Shown piece by piece: positions 1 to 7,906 of a stretch of DNA of 32,000 nucleotides. A program made the position numbers and the translations under genes. Numbering within the stretch: the first letter of the stretch is position 1; every line of letters begins with the position of its first letter. The stretch covers positions 2,670,001 to 2,702,000 of the forward strand of contig CP126532.1 in assembly GCA_030167145.1 (NCBI GenBank). Direction: 5' to 3'. Under the pieces are notes generated by a model that worked only from the letters and a program-made list of their open reading frames with translations, was not told where the DNA came from and made no database searches. Source of the DNA: Ktedonobacterales bacterium. GTDB lineage: Bacteria; Chloroflexota; Ktedonobacteria; Ktedonobacterales; JADMIN01.

Positions 1-693
1 ACGATCCAGCGGGATACGCAGCAATGCGAACGCCCGCTCGCGCCGCCACGCCGCCAGCCCCAGAAAGGTGAAGCCGATACACAGCACCACCAGCACCGAC
101 AGCAGCAAGAACCACAGCGGTCCACTCAGCCGGAACGGCAAGAACGGCAGGATAATCACCAGCACCACCGCTGGCAGCAGATCCATCATCTTATCCGCAG
201 CCACCGTGGGCAGCGAATCGCTCATCGGGATCTCGTCCAGCCGCTTGAGCAGCAGCCCCTTGACGATCTCGCCGCCCCGCAGCGGCAACAGCCAGTTCAC
301 GAACGTAGCGACCTGATAGATCAGAATCACCTGCACCACGCCCACCGGATGCGGCTTCAAGAAGACACGCCAGCGCAGCGCCCGCACCACATACGCCGCC
401 AGGAAGACCACGCCGCAGAGCAGCGCCAGCGGAATGTTGAGATGTTCGAGATGCACGAACGCGCCCCGCAGGCTCACCACCCGGCTGAACGTAGCGACCA
501 GCACCACCGCCGCGAACGCGCCAATGATAATGCGGATCACCTGGCCGTTCAGTCGCCGCGACCGCTTCTTTCTCGCCGTGATAACCCCATCCGGCGCGGA
601 AAGCGCCTGTAGGGGCGCACGGCGGGCGCACGTCCGGGCGCACGCGCCATCTGCAGGCGTGTATGCGGTCTGCCCACCCATCTCCTGATCCAT
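1..693 (-). CDS. UPF0104 / lysylphosphatidylglycerol-synthase-TM-like ('flippase-like') integral membrane protein; 3' end lies outside the window
   Basis: Own minus-strand translation from the ATG at 693-691 gives MDQEMGGQTAYTP...RRLNGQVIRIIIGAFAAVVLVATFS...ALRWRVFLKP...FVNWLLPLRGGEIVKGLLLKR...VAADKMMDLLPAVVLVI... The frame is open for 231 codons to position 1. It is absent from the ORF track because it has no stop in the window. It has several hydrophobic helices plus the RW and N.LLP.RGGE motifs typical of this family. A GGAGGG lies about 10 nt upstream. Confidence 0.7.
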   Translation of the reverse strand, partial: MDQEMGGQTAYTPADGACARTCARRAPLQALSAPDGVITARKKRSRRLNGQVIRIIIGAFAAVVLVATFSRVVSLRGAFVHLEHLNIPLALLCGVVFLAAYVVRALRWRVFLKPHPVGVVQVILIYQVATFVNWLLPLRGGEIVKGLLLKRLDEIPMSDSLPTVAADKMMDLLPAVVLVIILPFLPFRLSGPLWFLLLSVLVVLCIGFTFLGLAAWRRERAFALLRIPLDR

Positions 694-727
694 GTGCTGG
701 TATCCCTCCTGGTATCCTTCCACGCTG

Positions 728-1297
728 CTATGCCGCCGCGATGCCGAGCGCGCCATGCGCGCCGGGTGCGATGATGCCGCCCTCCTGAGCATGCGCCTGT
801 TCGTGGCAGACGCCGCAGAGGCTGATAAAGTGCTCCACGCGATACGACGGCAGCAGCGGCGGCTGCCGCCACAAATGCGCCACCACCGTGCGGTCGCGTG
901 CGCCGCAGCGCTGACACGTGTAGGCGTCGCGTGCTAGCGCTGCCTTGCGTGCGGCGCGCGTGCGGTGCGTATGGAAGGCATCCAGCGCCACATGGAACGC
1001 GAAGCCCAGCAGGGTCAGCCGCGCCCAGCGCCAGCGCAACCCCAGCAGGCCCAGCGCCGCCAGGGCTTCAGGACTATGCAGGCAGCGGATGCCGTCGTGC
1101 TGCGGTGGCATCGCCTGCGCGAAGAAGCGCACCGCGCCACGTGGGCTAAGCTGGCGCTGCTTTACGCAGTACCAGGCGTAGTGGTCAACATCTATCAGCA
1201 GGCTCGCCGCCCACGGTGCCAGCGCCGCGCGCCCCATGCGGGGGGCCAGCAGCGTCGCCGTCGCGCTCGAAAGCAGCAGATGATCGCGGATTCTCAC
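728..1297 (-). CDS. Hypothetical small membrane protein with a C-terminal HNH-nuclease-type zinc motif
   Basis: This is ORF 728..1318. I prefer the GTG at 1297, which is preceded by GGAGG at a 7-nt spacing. The N-terminal half is hydrophobic with His/Asp motifs (DHLLL, IDVDHY, HVALDAFHTH). The C-terminus reads CQRCG...VAHL...SLCGVCHEQAH, a CxxC...H...CxxCH HNH-like pattern. Confidence 0.55.
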   Translation of the reverse strand: MRIRDHLLLSSATATLLAPRMGRAALAPWAASLLIDVDHYAWYCVKQRQLSPRGAVRFFAQAMPPQHDGIRCLHSPEALAALGLLGLRWRWARLTLLGFAFHVALDAFHTHRTRAARKAALARDAYTCQRCGARDRTVVAHLWRQPPLLPSYRVEHFISLCGVCHEQAHAQEGGIIAPGAHGALGIAAA

Positions 1298-1308
1298 CCC
1301 GGCGCCTC

Positions 1309-1358
1309 CTTCGCGCACTCAACTTCGCGCACTCAACTTCGCGCACTCAACTTCGCGC
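1309..1358. repeat. 14-bp tandem repeat (cttcgcgcactcaa), 3 perfect copies plus a partial fourth
   Basis: Read directly from the sequence. Copies lie at 1309-1322, 1323-1336 and 1337-1350, with a partial copy at 1351-1358. The array spans the stop codon of the epimerase gene (1347-1349) and the gap to the next gene. Confidence 0.9.
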
Positions 1359-2372
1359 GAGCGCCTGTGGCGCTTCGCTCACTCGCGCGGGCGGCAGATA
1401 CCCCTCCGCGCGATACCAGTCCGCCGCGCGCCCGATGCCCACAGCCAGCGGCGTATCGGCGCTGAAGTCGAGCCGCTCGCGCGCTTTGGCCACGCTATAC
1501 ACACGGCTATGCGTCAGAAAATCGAGCCGGCTGCTGGTCAGCGGCGCGGACTGGCGCAGCCGCGCGGGCAGCGCATCGCAGGCCGTCGCCACGGCGCGTG
1601 CGGCGGGCAGCGGAATGTGGCCGCGCGGTGGCGGCACATCCAGCGCACCAGCGATAGTCGCGGCCAGCGTGTCAATGGTCACCGGCTCACGTCCCGCGAT
1701 GTGAAAGCACTCGCCCACGGCGCGCGGATCGCTGCCGCACCGCACGAACGCCTCGATCATGTCGTCCACATAGATTGGGTGGAACCACACCGTCTCGCGC
1801 CCAATCGGGCGGAACAGCCGCCGCTGGATCGCCTTGAAGAAGCCCAGCAGGTGCAGATCCCCCGGCCCGTAGACCAGCCCCGGCCGTACAATCACCGCCG
1901 GAAAGCCGTTCCAGGCCTCCTCGCGCACCAGCACTTCCGCGTCGCGCTTGGTCGCCTCGTAGGCGTTGGTCGGCGCGTAGGGCGCGACTTCCGCCGCTGG
2001 CGTCGCGCCGGTCGCGCCGAGCACGCCCGTCGTACCGCAATGCACGAAGCGCGTCAGCCCTCGTTGCGCGCGGCAGGCGGCGAGCATCGTGCGCGTGCCC
2101 TCCACGTGGATGCGCTGATACTCAGACGCGGGCACGCCGGAGACATACAGCTTGCCCGCCAGGTGATAGACTACCGCAACGCCCGCTACCGCCGCGCGCA
2201 CCGCCGCCGCGTCGGTCACGTCACCCTCGATGAGTTCCGCGCCGCGCGCCACCAGCGGGGCCGCTTTGCTGCGCGAGCGCGCCAGCACGCGCACCTCGTC
2301 GCCCTCGTCCAGCAGCCGTCGGGCGAGGGCCGTGCCCAGGAAACCAGTTGCGCCCGTAATCAACACACGCAT
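1347..2372 (-). CDS. NAD-dependent epimerase/dehydratase (extended SDR family)
   Basis: This is ORF 1347..2393. The likely start is M8 (MRVLITGATGFLGTALARRLL, a Rossmann GxxGxxG), with GAGGTGG 6 nt upstream. A YxxxK-type motif is present (YEATKRDAE). The length of about 340 aa is typical of sugar epimerases and dihydroflavonol-reductase-like SDRs. Confidence 0.85.
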   Translation of the reverse strand: MRVLITGATGFLGTALARRLLDEGDEVRVLARSRSKAAPLVARGAELIEGDVTDAAAVRAAVAGVAVVYHLAGKLYVSGVPASEYQRIHVEGTRTMLAACRAQRGLTRFVHCGTTGVLGATGATPAAEVAPYAPTNAYEATKRDAEVLVREEAWNGFPAVIVRPGLVYGPGDLHLLGFFKAIQRRLFRPIGRETVWFHPIYVDDMIEAFVRCGSDPRAVGECFHIAGREPVTIDTLAATIAGALDVPPPRGHIPLPAARAVATACDALPARLRQSAPLTSSRLDFLTHSRVYSVAKARERLDFSADTPLAVGIGRAADWYRAEGYLPPARVSEAPQALARS

Positions 2373-2382
2373 ACGCGCCACC

Positions 2383-3615
2383 TCACTTCCCATGCGTCCC
2401 GTGCGCTGCCACCGGCCCCGCCGCGCCGCTCATCCCCTTCACGCTGATCGCGCCTTCGGGGCAGGCTTCGTAGCAGAGCAGGCAGCGCTGGCAGGTGCGC
2501 GGATTCACCTGAAGCGTGTCGAGATTGATGACATTGGGCAGCGGGCAGGCCTCCACGCAGATACCGCAGTGCGTGCAGGCCTCGGCGGAGATCTGGGGCC
2601 GCGTGCCCACCAGTCCTGTGCTATACAGCGCGGTGCAGAGGTGTGTGCCCGTGAGCCGCGCGAAGGGATAATCCAGCGGATACATCAGCCAGAACGCGAA
2701 GCGATACAGCGGCTTGACCTGCGGCAACTCGAACCGCGAGAGCGGGGCGATCTCATCGCCGAGCAGGTGAGGCCGCCGCCGCCCCATCTGCTGCTCGCCG
2801 AGCCGCAGATGCCCAATAGTATGGGGGTCCACGTTGACCAGGCGGCAGCAGACCAGATCTACCGCGAGACTATCCCGCCCCGCGACCAGCACGCCCAGGT
2901 TGGCCTGCCGCCCGTAGAGCGGACCGTCGCCGTCCTGGCCGACACTGCCATCCACGATGTTCAGGTCGGGGCGCAGGCCCAGGTTCATATCCACGATGCA
3001 CTGCTGAATGCCCAGCGTGTGCATTGTGCGGCGGTCTTCGCGCGGCAGCAGACCCATCAGGTTCTTCATTGCCACGCTCATGCCGGAGACGACGTGCGTC
3101 TTCAGCACGGGCAGGTTGATGAGGCAGGCGTCATCGAGAATAGCTGGTTTCGAGAAGTGCTTCAGCCGCCGCGCGCCAGGGGGACGCAGCGCGGTCCACG
3201 AATCTACGCGCCCCACCATGCCGATGTCGTGCTCGCGGCAGAAGTCCGCGATGCCAAGGATGGTGTACGTGGATGCGTCGTCGAACTCCGTGCCGGAGGA
3301 CTCGCACAGGTAGGGTTGCGCCCCCGCCGCATGCACCTCGGCGGCGACAGCGGCTAGCAAGTCGAGGTTCGTGGTCGCGCCGGTGCGTGCGGGCCGTCCG
3401 GCGACGAAGTTCGGCTTGAGCACGGCGATGGTGCGCCCAGCGAGGATCGCGCGCATGCCGCCAAGCAGTTCGATGGCGTGGTGCGCGGCGGCGGCGATAT
3501 CGCCCCGCGTGTGCAGCGTGACGACCTCCTGGCCGCCATATTCCCGTCTGGCGGGGAGCGTCGCCGGTGCGGCGGGTTGTGCCATAGTGCCCTCGCTTTC
3601 TTCCTTATCATTCAT
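2383..3615 (-). CDS. DUF362 domain protein with a C-terminal 2x[4Fe-4S] ferredoxin domain
   Basis: 410-aa ORF. The N-terminal and central region (IAVLKPNFV...GATTNLDLL...INLPVLKTH...MKNLMG) matches the DUF362 pattern. The C-terminus carries two CxxCxxCxxxCP clusters (CTHCGICVEACP and CQRCLLCYEACP). An alternative start at M11 (3585) is possible. Confidence 0.75.
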   Translation of the reverse strand: MNDKEESEGTMAQPAAPATLPARREYGGQEVVTLHTRGDIAAAAHHAIELLGGMRAILAGRTIAVLKPNFVAGRPARTGATTNLDLLAAVAAEVHAAGAQPYLCESSGTEFDDASTYTILGIADFCREHDIGMVGRVDSWTALRPPGARRLKHFSKPAILDDACLINLPVLKTHVVSGMSVAMKNLMGLLPREDRRTMHTLGIQQCIVDMNLGLRPDLNIVDGSVGQDGDGPLYGRQANLGVLVAGRDSLAVDLVCCRLVNVDPHTIGHLRLGEQQMGRRRPHLLGDEIAPLSRFELPQVKPLYRFAFWLMYPLDYPFARLTGTHLCTALYSTGLVGTRPQISAEACTHCGICVEACPLPNVINLDTLQVNPRTCQRCLLCYEACPEGAISVKGMSGAAGPVAAHGTHGK

Positions 3616-3762
3616 CCTCTATCTGGCGTTCGGGCGTGCGGGGGTAGCCGCTCCCGTTCGCCAGCGTCGCGCGTATTGTGTACCTGCGTCGGGTCGTGGC
3701 GTAGCGGCGAAGGTATCATTCGCGCCAGTCTCTGGTATCAGTGGTGGGGAATAGAAGGAGCC

Positions 3763-6069
3763 TCAGCCGCCGAGGGCCTGCGCACGCCGCTCCGCCTCGC
3801 GCGCCTCGCCATTGCGCCCCAGTGCGCGCAATGCGACAGCCTTGTTGCGCAACGCCAGGGCAAAGGTTGGGTCGAGGGCCAGTGCCCGGTCGTAACAGGA
3901 AAGCGCCTCACCATAACGATTGAGGTTGAGGAGCGCGTTGCCTTTGTTGACCCAACTGGGGACGTAATTGGGGTTGAGCGCCAGCGCACGATCATAGGCC
4001 CCAATCGCCTCGTCATAGCGATGAAGTTCGAGGAACGTGTTACCCTTGTTGTACCAGGCAAGGGCATACGTGGGATCGAGAGCGATGGCGCGGTCATAGG
4101 CAGCCAGACCTTCGCTGTTGCGATTGAAGCGGGTGAGCATATTCCCTCTGCCGTTCCATGCTTCCACGAACGTCTGGTCAATGGCCAGGGCGCGGTCGAA
4201 GTCGGCCAGCGCTTCACTGTTGCGCTGAAGCATGGCGAGCACATTGCCCTTGTTGACCCAGGCAGGAGCGTAGTTAGGATCGAGGGCGAGTGCGCGGTCA
4301 TAGGCGGCGAGCGCTTCGCTGGTTTGCTGGATATCGCGTAAGGTGTTGCCCTTGTTGTACCAGACGGGAACATCGTTCGGGGTCAGGCTGAGTGCGCGGT
4401 CGTAGGCGGCAATCGCCTCGTTATAGCGCCGGAGGTCGGTCAGCGCCGCGCCTTTGTTGCTCCACATCGGCCCATTGTTCGGGTCCAGCGCCAGCGTCCG
4501 GTCGTAGGCGGCGAGCGCTTCCGCAGGGCGATTGAGGCCGAGAAGCGCATTGCCCTTGGCACCCCACGTGTCGGCGTTATTGGGATCCAGCGCCAGCGCG
4601 CGGTCGAGCATGGGCAGCGCTTCAGTGTAGCGCTGAGCCTTGTTGAGCGTGTTGCCCTTGTTGTACCACACCATCGCGCGATTGGGATCCAGCGCCAGCG
4701 CGCGGTCATACGATAACAGCGCCTCATCATAGCGCTGGAGGTTGGTGAGCGCGAGACCCTTGACATTCCAGGCGTCAACGTAGGCAGGGTCAATGGAGAG
4801 GGATTGTTCGTTGGCAACGACCGCCTCAGCGGGACGGTTGAGCCGGAGGAGCGCGCTCCCCTTATTGTACCAGGCGAGTTTGTTGTCGGGAGCGAGAGTA
4901 CAGGCGCGCTCAGCTGCGGCCAGCGCCTCGTCATAGCGGTGGAGATCATTGAGGGCAGAGGCCTTGTTGTTCCAGGCAGCGGCGTAGGCAGGGTCGAGCG
5001 TGGTAGCGCGCTCGTAGGCGCTGAGCGCCTCGTCATAGCGATTCAGTTCATTGAGCGCGGTGCCCTTGTTGTACACGGCGAGCGCACTGTTCGGGTCGAG
5101 GTCAAGAGCATGATCGTAGGCGGCGATAGCCTCGTCGGTGCGTTTGAGGCTGAGGAGGGCGGTGCCTTTGCTAATCCAAGCAAACGCATAGGTTGGATCA
5201 ATAGTGGTGGCATGCTCGCCAACGGCGAGGGCTTCCTCGTGACGGTTGAGACTATCGAGGATAGCGGATTTATTGTTCCAGGCGACGGCAAAATTGGGGT
5301 CGAGCGCGATGGCGCGTTCGCTGGCGGCGAGCGCCTCATCATACCGCTTCAGGCTATAAAGCGCGAAGCCTTTGTCGGCCCAGGTTACCGCGTCAGTCGG
5401 CCGGAGAGCTAGTGCGCGGTCGTAGGCTTCGAGCGCCTCATCATACCGCTTCACCGCATCGCGCGCATAGCCCAGATTGAACCAGGCGCTGAAGTTCTTG
5501 GAAGCGAGGCCAGTAGCCTGCTCGAAAAGCGGGATAGCCTCCTCGTAGCGATTCTGCGCGCCAAGCGCCTTGCCGCGCTCGATCAAATCCGAGACCGCCT
5601 CGGCGCTCGCGGCGGGCTGAGGAGCAGTTGCGGGTGCTTCGCCCGGCGCGGTGAGCGCGAGCATTCGCAGCGTGCGCGTGATCGCCTCCTGCGGCGGGAA
5701 CGGCTGGTAGTTCGCCCGATCCACGCGACGAAAGTCTTCAAGGTAGATCAGATTGTCGAGATCGTCCGGATCCAGTTGCGCCGCGATGATCGGCAACACG
5801 ATGCGACTGGGGTCGCGCGTATAGAACTTGTACGCCCACGAACATTCGCGTGGCACCCACTCTGAGGCGACCGCCGCTTTCGAGAGCACCACCACGAAGA
5901 CGGGTCGCAGGCGTATCTGGCGCGTGATCTCGCTGAGCAGTTCGCCCGCGCCCAGGCTATGTTCGTCGTACCAGACATCCGCGCCCGCCGCGCGCAGCGC
6001 GCGCACCACGGCGTCAGAATATGCCTTATCGGCGGAGCTATGGCTCAGAAAGATCTGCATCTGGCTCAT
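3763..6069 (-). CDS. TIR domain protein fused to about 18 tetratricopeptide repeats (TIR-TPR, long paralog)
   Basis: 768-aa ORF with GGGAGG upstream of the ATG. Residues 1 to about 125 read MSQMQIFLSHSSADK...GADVWYDEHSL...VFVVVLSKAAVASEWVPRECSWA, a TIR_2-like pattern with Glu75 in the W..xE motif (nt 5845-5847). An Ala/Pro-rich linker follows. After it I count 17 full and 2 partial consecutive 34-aa units of the form YDEALAAYDRALALDPNxAxAWxNKGxALxxLxR. Confidence 0.85.
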   Translation of the reverse strand: MSQMQIFLSHSSADKAYSDAVVRALRAAGADVWYDEHSLGAGELLSEITRQIRLRPVFVVVLSKAAVASEWVPRECSWAYKFYTRDPSRIVLPIIAAQLDPDDLDNLIYLEDFRRVDRANYQPFPPQEAITRTLRMLALTAPGEAPATAPQPAASAEAVSDLIERGKALGAQNRYEEAIPLFEQATGLASKNFSAWFNLGYARDAVKRYDEALEAYDRALALRPTDAVTWADKGFALYSLKRYDEALAASERAIALDPNFAVAWNNKSAILDSLNRHEEALAVGEHATTIDPTYAFAWISKGTALLSLKRTDEAIAAYDHALDLDPNSALAVYNKGTALNELNRYDEALSAYERATTLDPAYAAAWNNKASALNDLHRYDEALAAAERACTLAPDNKLAWYNKGSALLRLNRPAEAVVANEQSLSIDPAYVDAWNVKGLALTNLQRYDEALLSYDRALALDPNRAMVWYNKGNTLNKAQRYTEALPMLDRALALDPNNADTWGAKGNALLGLNRPAEALAAYDRTLALDPNNGPMWSNKGAALTDLRRYNEAIAAYDRALSLTPNDVPVWYNKGNTLRDIQQTSEALAAYDRALALDPNYAPAWVNKGNVLAMLQRNSEALADFDRALAIDQTFVEAWNGRGNMLTRFNRNSEGLAAYDRAIALDPTYALAWYNKGNTFLELHRYDEAIGAYDRALALNPNYVPSWVNKGNALLNLNRYGEALSCYDRALALDPTFALALRNKAVALRALGRNGEAREAERRAQALGG

Positions 6070-6138
6070 CGCGGGCTACCTCCCAGGCGGGTGCGGCTCG
6101 TTCGCCGCAATGTGGGATTGGGCATGCTGTGCGGCGTG

Positions 6139-7647
6139 TCAGCTATTTACTGCCCGGGCACGCCGCTCGGCCTCTTGCGCCTCGGCGTTGCGGCCCAGCC
6201 CACGCAAAGCGACGGCCTTATTTTGCATGGCCAGGGCAAGCGTGGGGTCGAGCGTGAATGCCTGGTCATAGCAGCCAATCGCTTCATCCCGGCGTTGGAG
6301 ATCCATCAGCGCATTGCCCCGATTGCACCAGGCAAAGGCGTAGGTGCGATCAATCGCAAGGGCGCGATCAAAGGTGGCGAGGGCTTCCGCTGGGCGCTTG
6401 AGGCTGCGCAGCGTATTGCCTTTGCAATTCCACGTGGCAATTTGCGTCGGGTTGAGCGCCAGCGCGCGGTCGTAGGCGGCCAGCGCCTCCTCATAGCGGC
6501 CAAGGTTGTCGAGCACAAGACCTTTGTTGCTCCATGCCGCGTCGAAAGTGGCGTCAATAGCCAGCGCACGGTCGAAGGTGGCGAGCGCCTCTTCATAGCG
6601 ACCAAGAGAGTTGAACAGGTTCCCTTTGTTGTATAGGGCGATAGCGTCATCCGGTTCAATGGCGATGGCGCGGTCATAGGCGGCGATGGCTTCCTCGAAG
6701 CGTCCCAGGTCAACCAGCAGACTTGCCTTGCTACTCCATGCTGCGGCATGGTCGGGCTTGAGCGCCAGCACGCGGTCGAAGGCGGCCAGCGCCTCATCAT
6801 ACCGCTCACGTTGGGTGAGGACGATGCCTATGTTGCTCCAGGTGTTGGCGTCGTTGGGGTCAATAGCGATGGCATGCTCAAACGAGGCGTAGGCATCGTC
6901 GAACAACCCAAGTTTGCCGAAAGTGATCCCTTTGTTGTTCCAGGTGCCCACAGCATCAGGCTTGATGGCGAGGGCGTGGTCATAGGCGATCAGGGATTCG
7001 GCCAGGCGGTTGGCATATTCGAGTGTTCTGGCGAGATTATTCCACGCACGGAAGCTATTGGGATCGAGGCGGATAGCCTGCTCAAAGAGCGGAATGGCCT
7101 CAGCGTAGTTTTGCTGCTCGCTCAGCGCCCGACCACGCTCGACAAGCTCATCCGCGGCATTCGCGGGCTGTGCAGGCTGCTCGGATGCGCTGGCGGCTGT
7201 GGCCGCTGCGGAAGCCGCGCTCCCCGGCGCAAGCGCTAATAGTTGCAGCGTGCGCGCGATAGCCTCATCCCGTGGAAACGGCTGGAAGCCAGGGCCATCT
7301 ATGCGGCGGAAATCATCCAGGAAGACTACCTGATCGAAATCGCTGGGTTCCACCTTGGTAGCGGTGACGGGCAGGATGACACGGCTCGTGTCGCGCGTAT
7401 AGAACTTGTACGCCCAGGAGCATTCGCGCGGCACCCACTCGGAGGTGAGCGCGGCTTTGGAAAGCACGACGACAAAGACCGGCCGCTCACGAATCTGCTT
7501 GGTGACTTCATCGAGCTGCTCACCGGTTCCAACGTTATGCTCGTCGTACCAGACATCCGCGCCCGCCGCCCGCAGGGCAGAGGCCAGGGCATCGGCGAAG
7601 GACTTGTCGGAAGGGTTGTAGCTGAGAAAGATCTGCATCTGGCTCAT
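6139..7647 (-). CDS. TIR domain protein fused to about 10 tetratricopeptide repeats (TIR-TPR, short paralog)
   Basis: 502-aa ORF. Its N-terminal roughly 140 aa are collinear with the neighbouring gene and by eye about 70% identical to it, including MSQMQIFLSY..., DVWYDEH, VFVVVLSKAALTSEWVPRECSWAYKFYTRD. Glu75 lies at nt 7423-7425. I count 9 full and 2 partial TPR units. The C-terminal cap (NKAVALRGLGRNAEAQEAERRA) is shared with the long paralog. Confidence 0.85.
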   Translation of the reverse strand: MSQMQIFLSYNPSDKSFADALASALRAAGADVWYDEHNVGTGEQLDEVTKQIRERPVFVVVLSKAALTSEWVPRECSWAYKFYTRDTSRVILPVTATKVEPSDFDQVVFLDDFRRIDGPGFQPFPRDEAIARTLQLLALAPGSAASAAATAASASEQPAQPANAADELVERGRALSEQQNYAEAIPLFEQAIRLDPNSFRAWNNLARTLEYANRLAESLIAYDHALAIKPDAVGTWNNKGITFGKLGLFDDAYASFEHAIAIDPNDANTWSNIGIVLTQRERYDEALAAFDRVLALKPDHAAAWSSKASLLVDLGRFEEAIAAYDRAIAIEPDDAIALYNKGNLFNSLGRYEEALATFDRALAIDATFDAAWSNKGLVLDNLGRYEEALAAYDRALALNPTQIATWNCKGNTLRSLKRPAEALATFDRALAIDRTYAFAWCNRGNALMDLQRRDEAIGCYDQAFTLDPTLALAMQNKAVALRGLGRNAEAQEAERRARAVNS

Positions 7648-7723
7648 TGCGGCGCTGGCCTCCCATGGGGGTGTGCTCGTTCGCTGGCGTGGTGGAATAT
7701 GGACTGCGCGCGTATCGTGCGGA

Positions 7724-7733
7724 CATTATAGCA
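7724..7733 (-). promoter_or_regulatory. Candidate extended -10 promoter (TGcTATAAT on the minus strand) for the TIR-TPR genes
   Basis: The reverse complement of 7722-7733 reads gcTATAATgtcc, preceded by TG. This sits about 78 nt upstream of the start at 7647. I found no convincing -35 element. Confidence 0.3.
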
Positions 7734-7906
7734 TATGGCGGGCGGGGGGAGTGCTAGACTGCGGGGGAGCCGTTACACACGATGTGCCCCTGCGAAAATG
7801 GGGGATGGGTGCATCGAGAAGTAGACGCATTATGGTAGCATACGCATGAGTTTCATGTGGTACGATCAAGTGTGCCCTGTTGCTGGATGCGTCCCCGCGC
7901 CGCGTG

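Noticed and set aside
2230-3357. Long plus-strand ORF (375 aa) and many similar ORFs overlapping annotated genes on the opposite strand or in other frames, for example 1509..2447, 3478..4341, 4804..5412, 5959..6636, 8726..9685, 15475..16320, 20969..22369, 28792..29901, 30140..30694 and 31050..31868.
   Set aside because: They are typical high-GC shadow ORFs. Their translations are Arg/Ala/Gly/Pro-rich with no recognisable motifs. Each overlaps a gene whose product shows clear family signatures.
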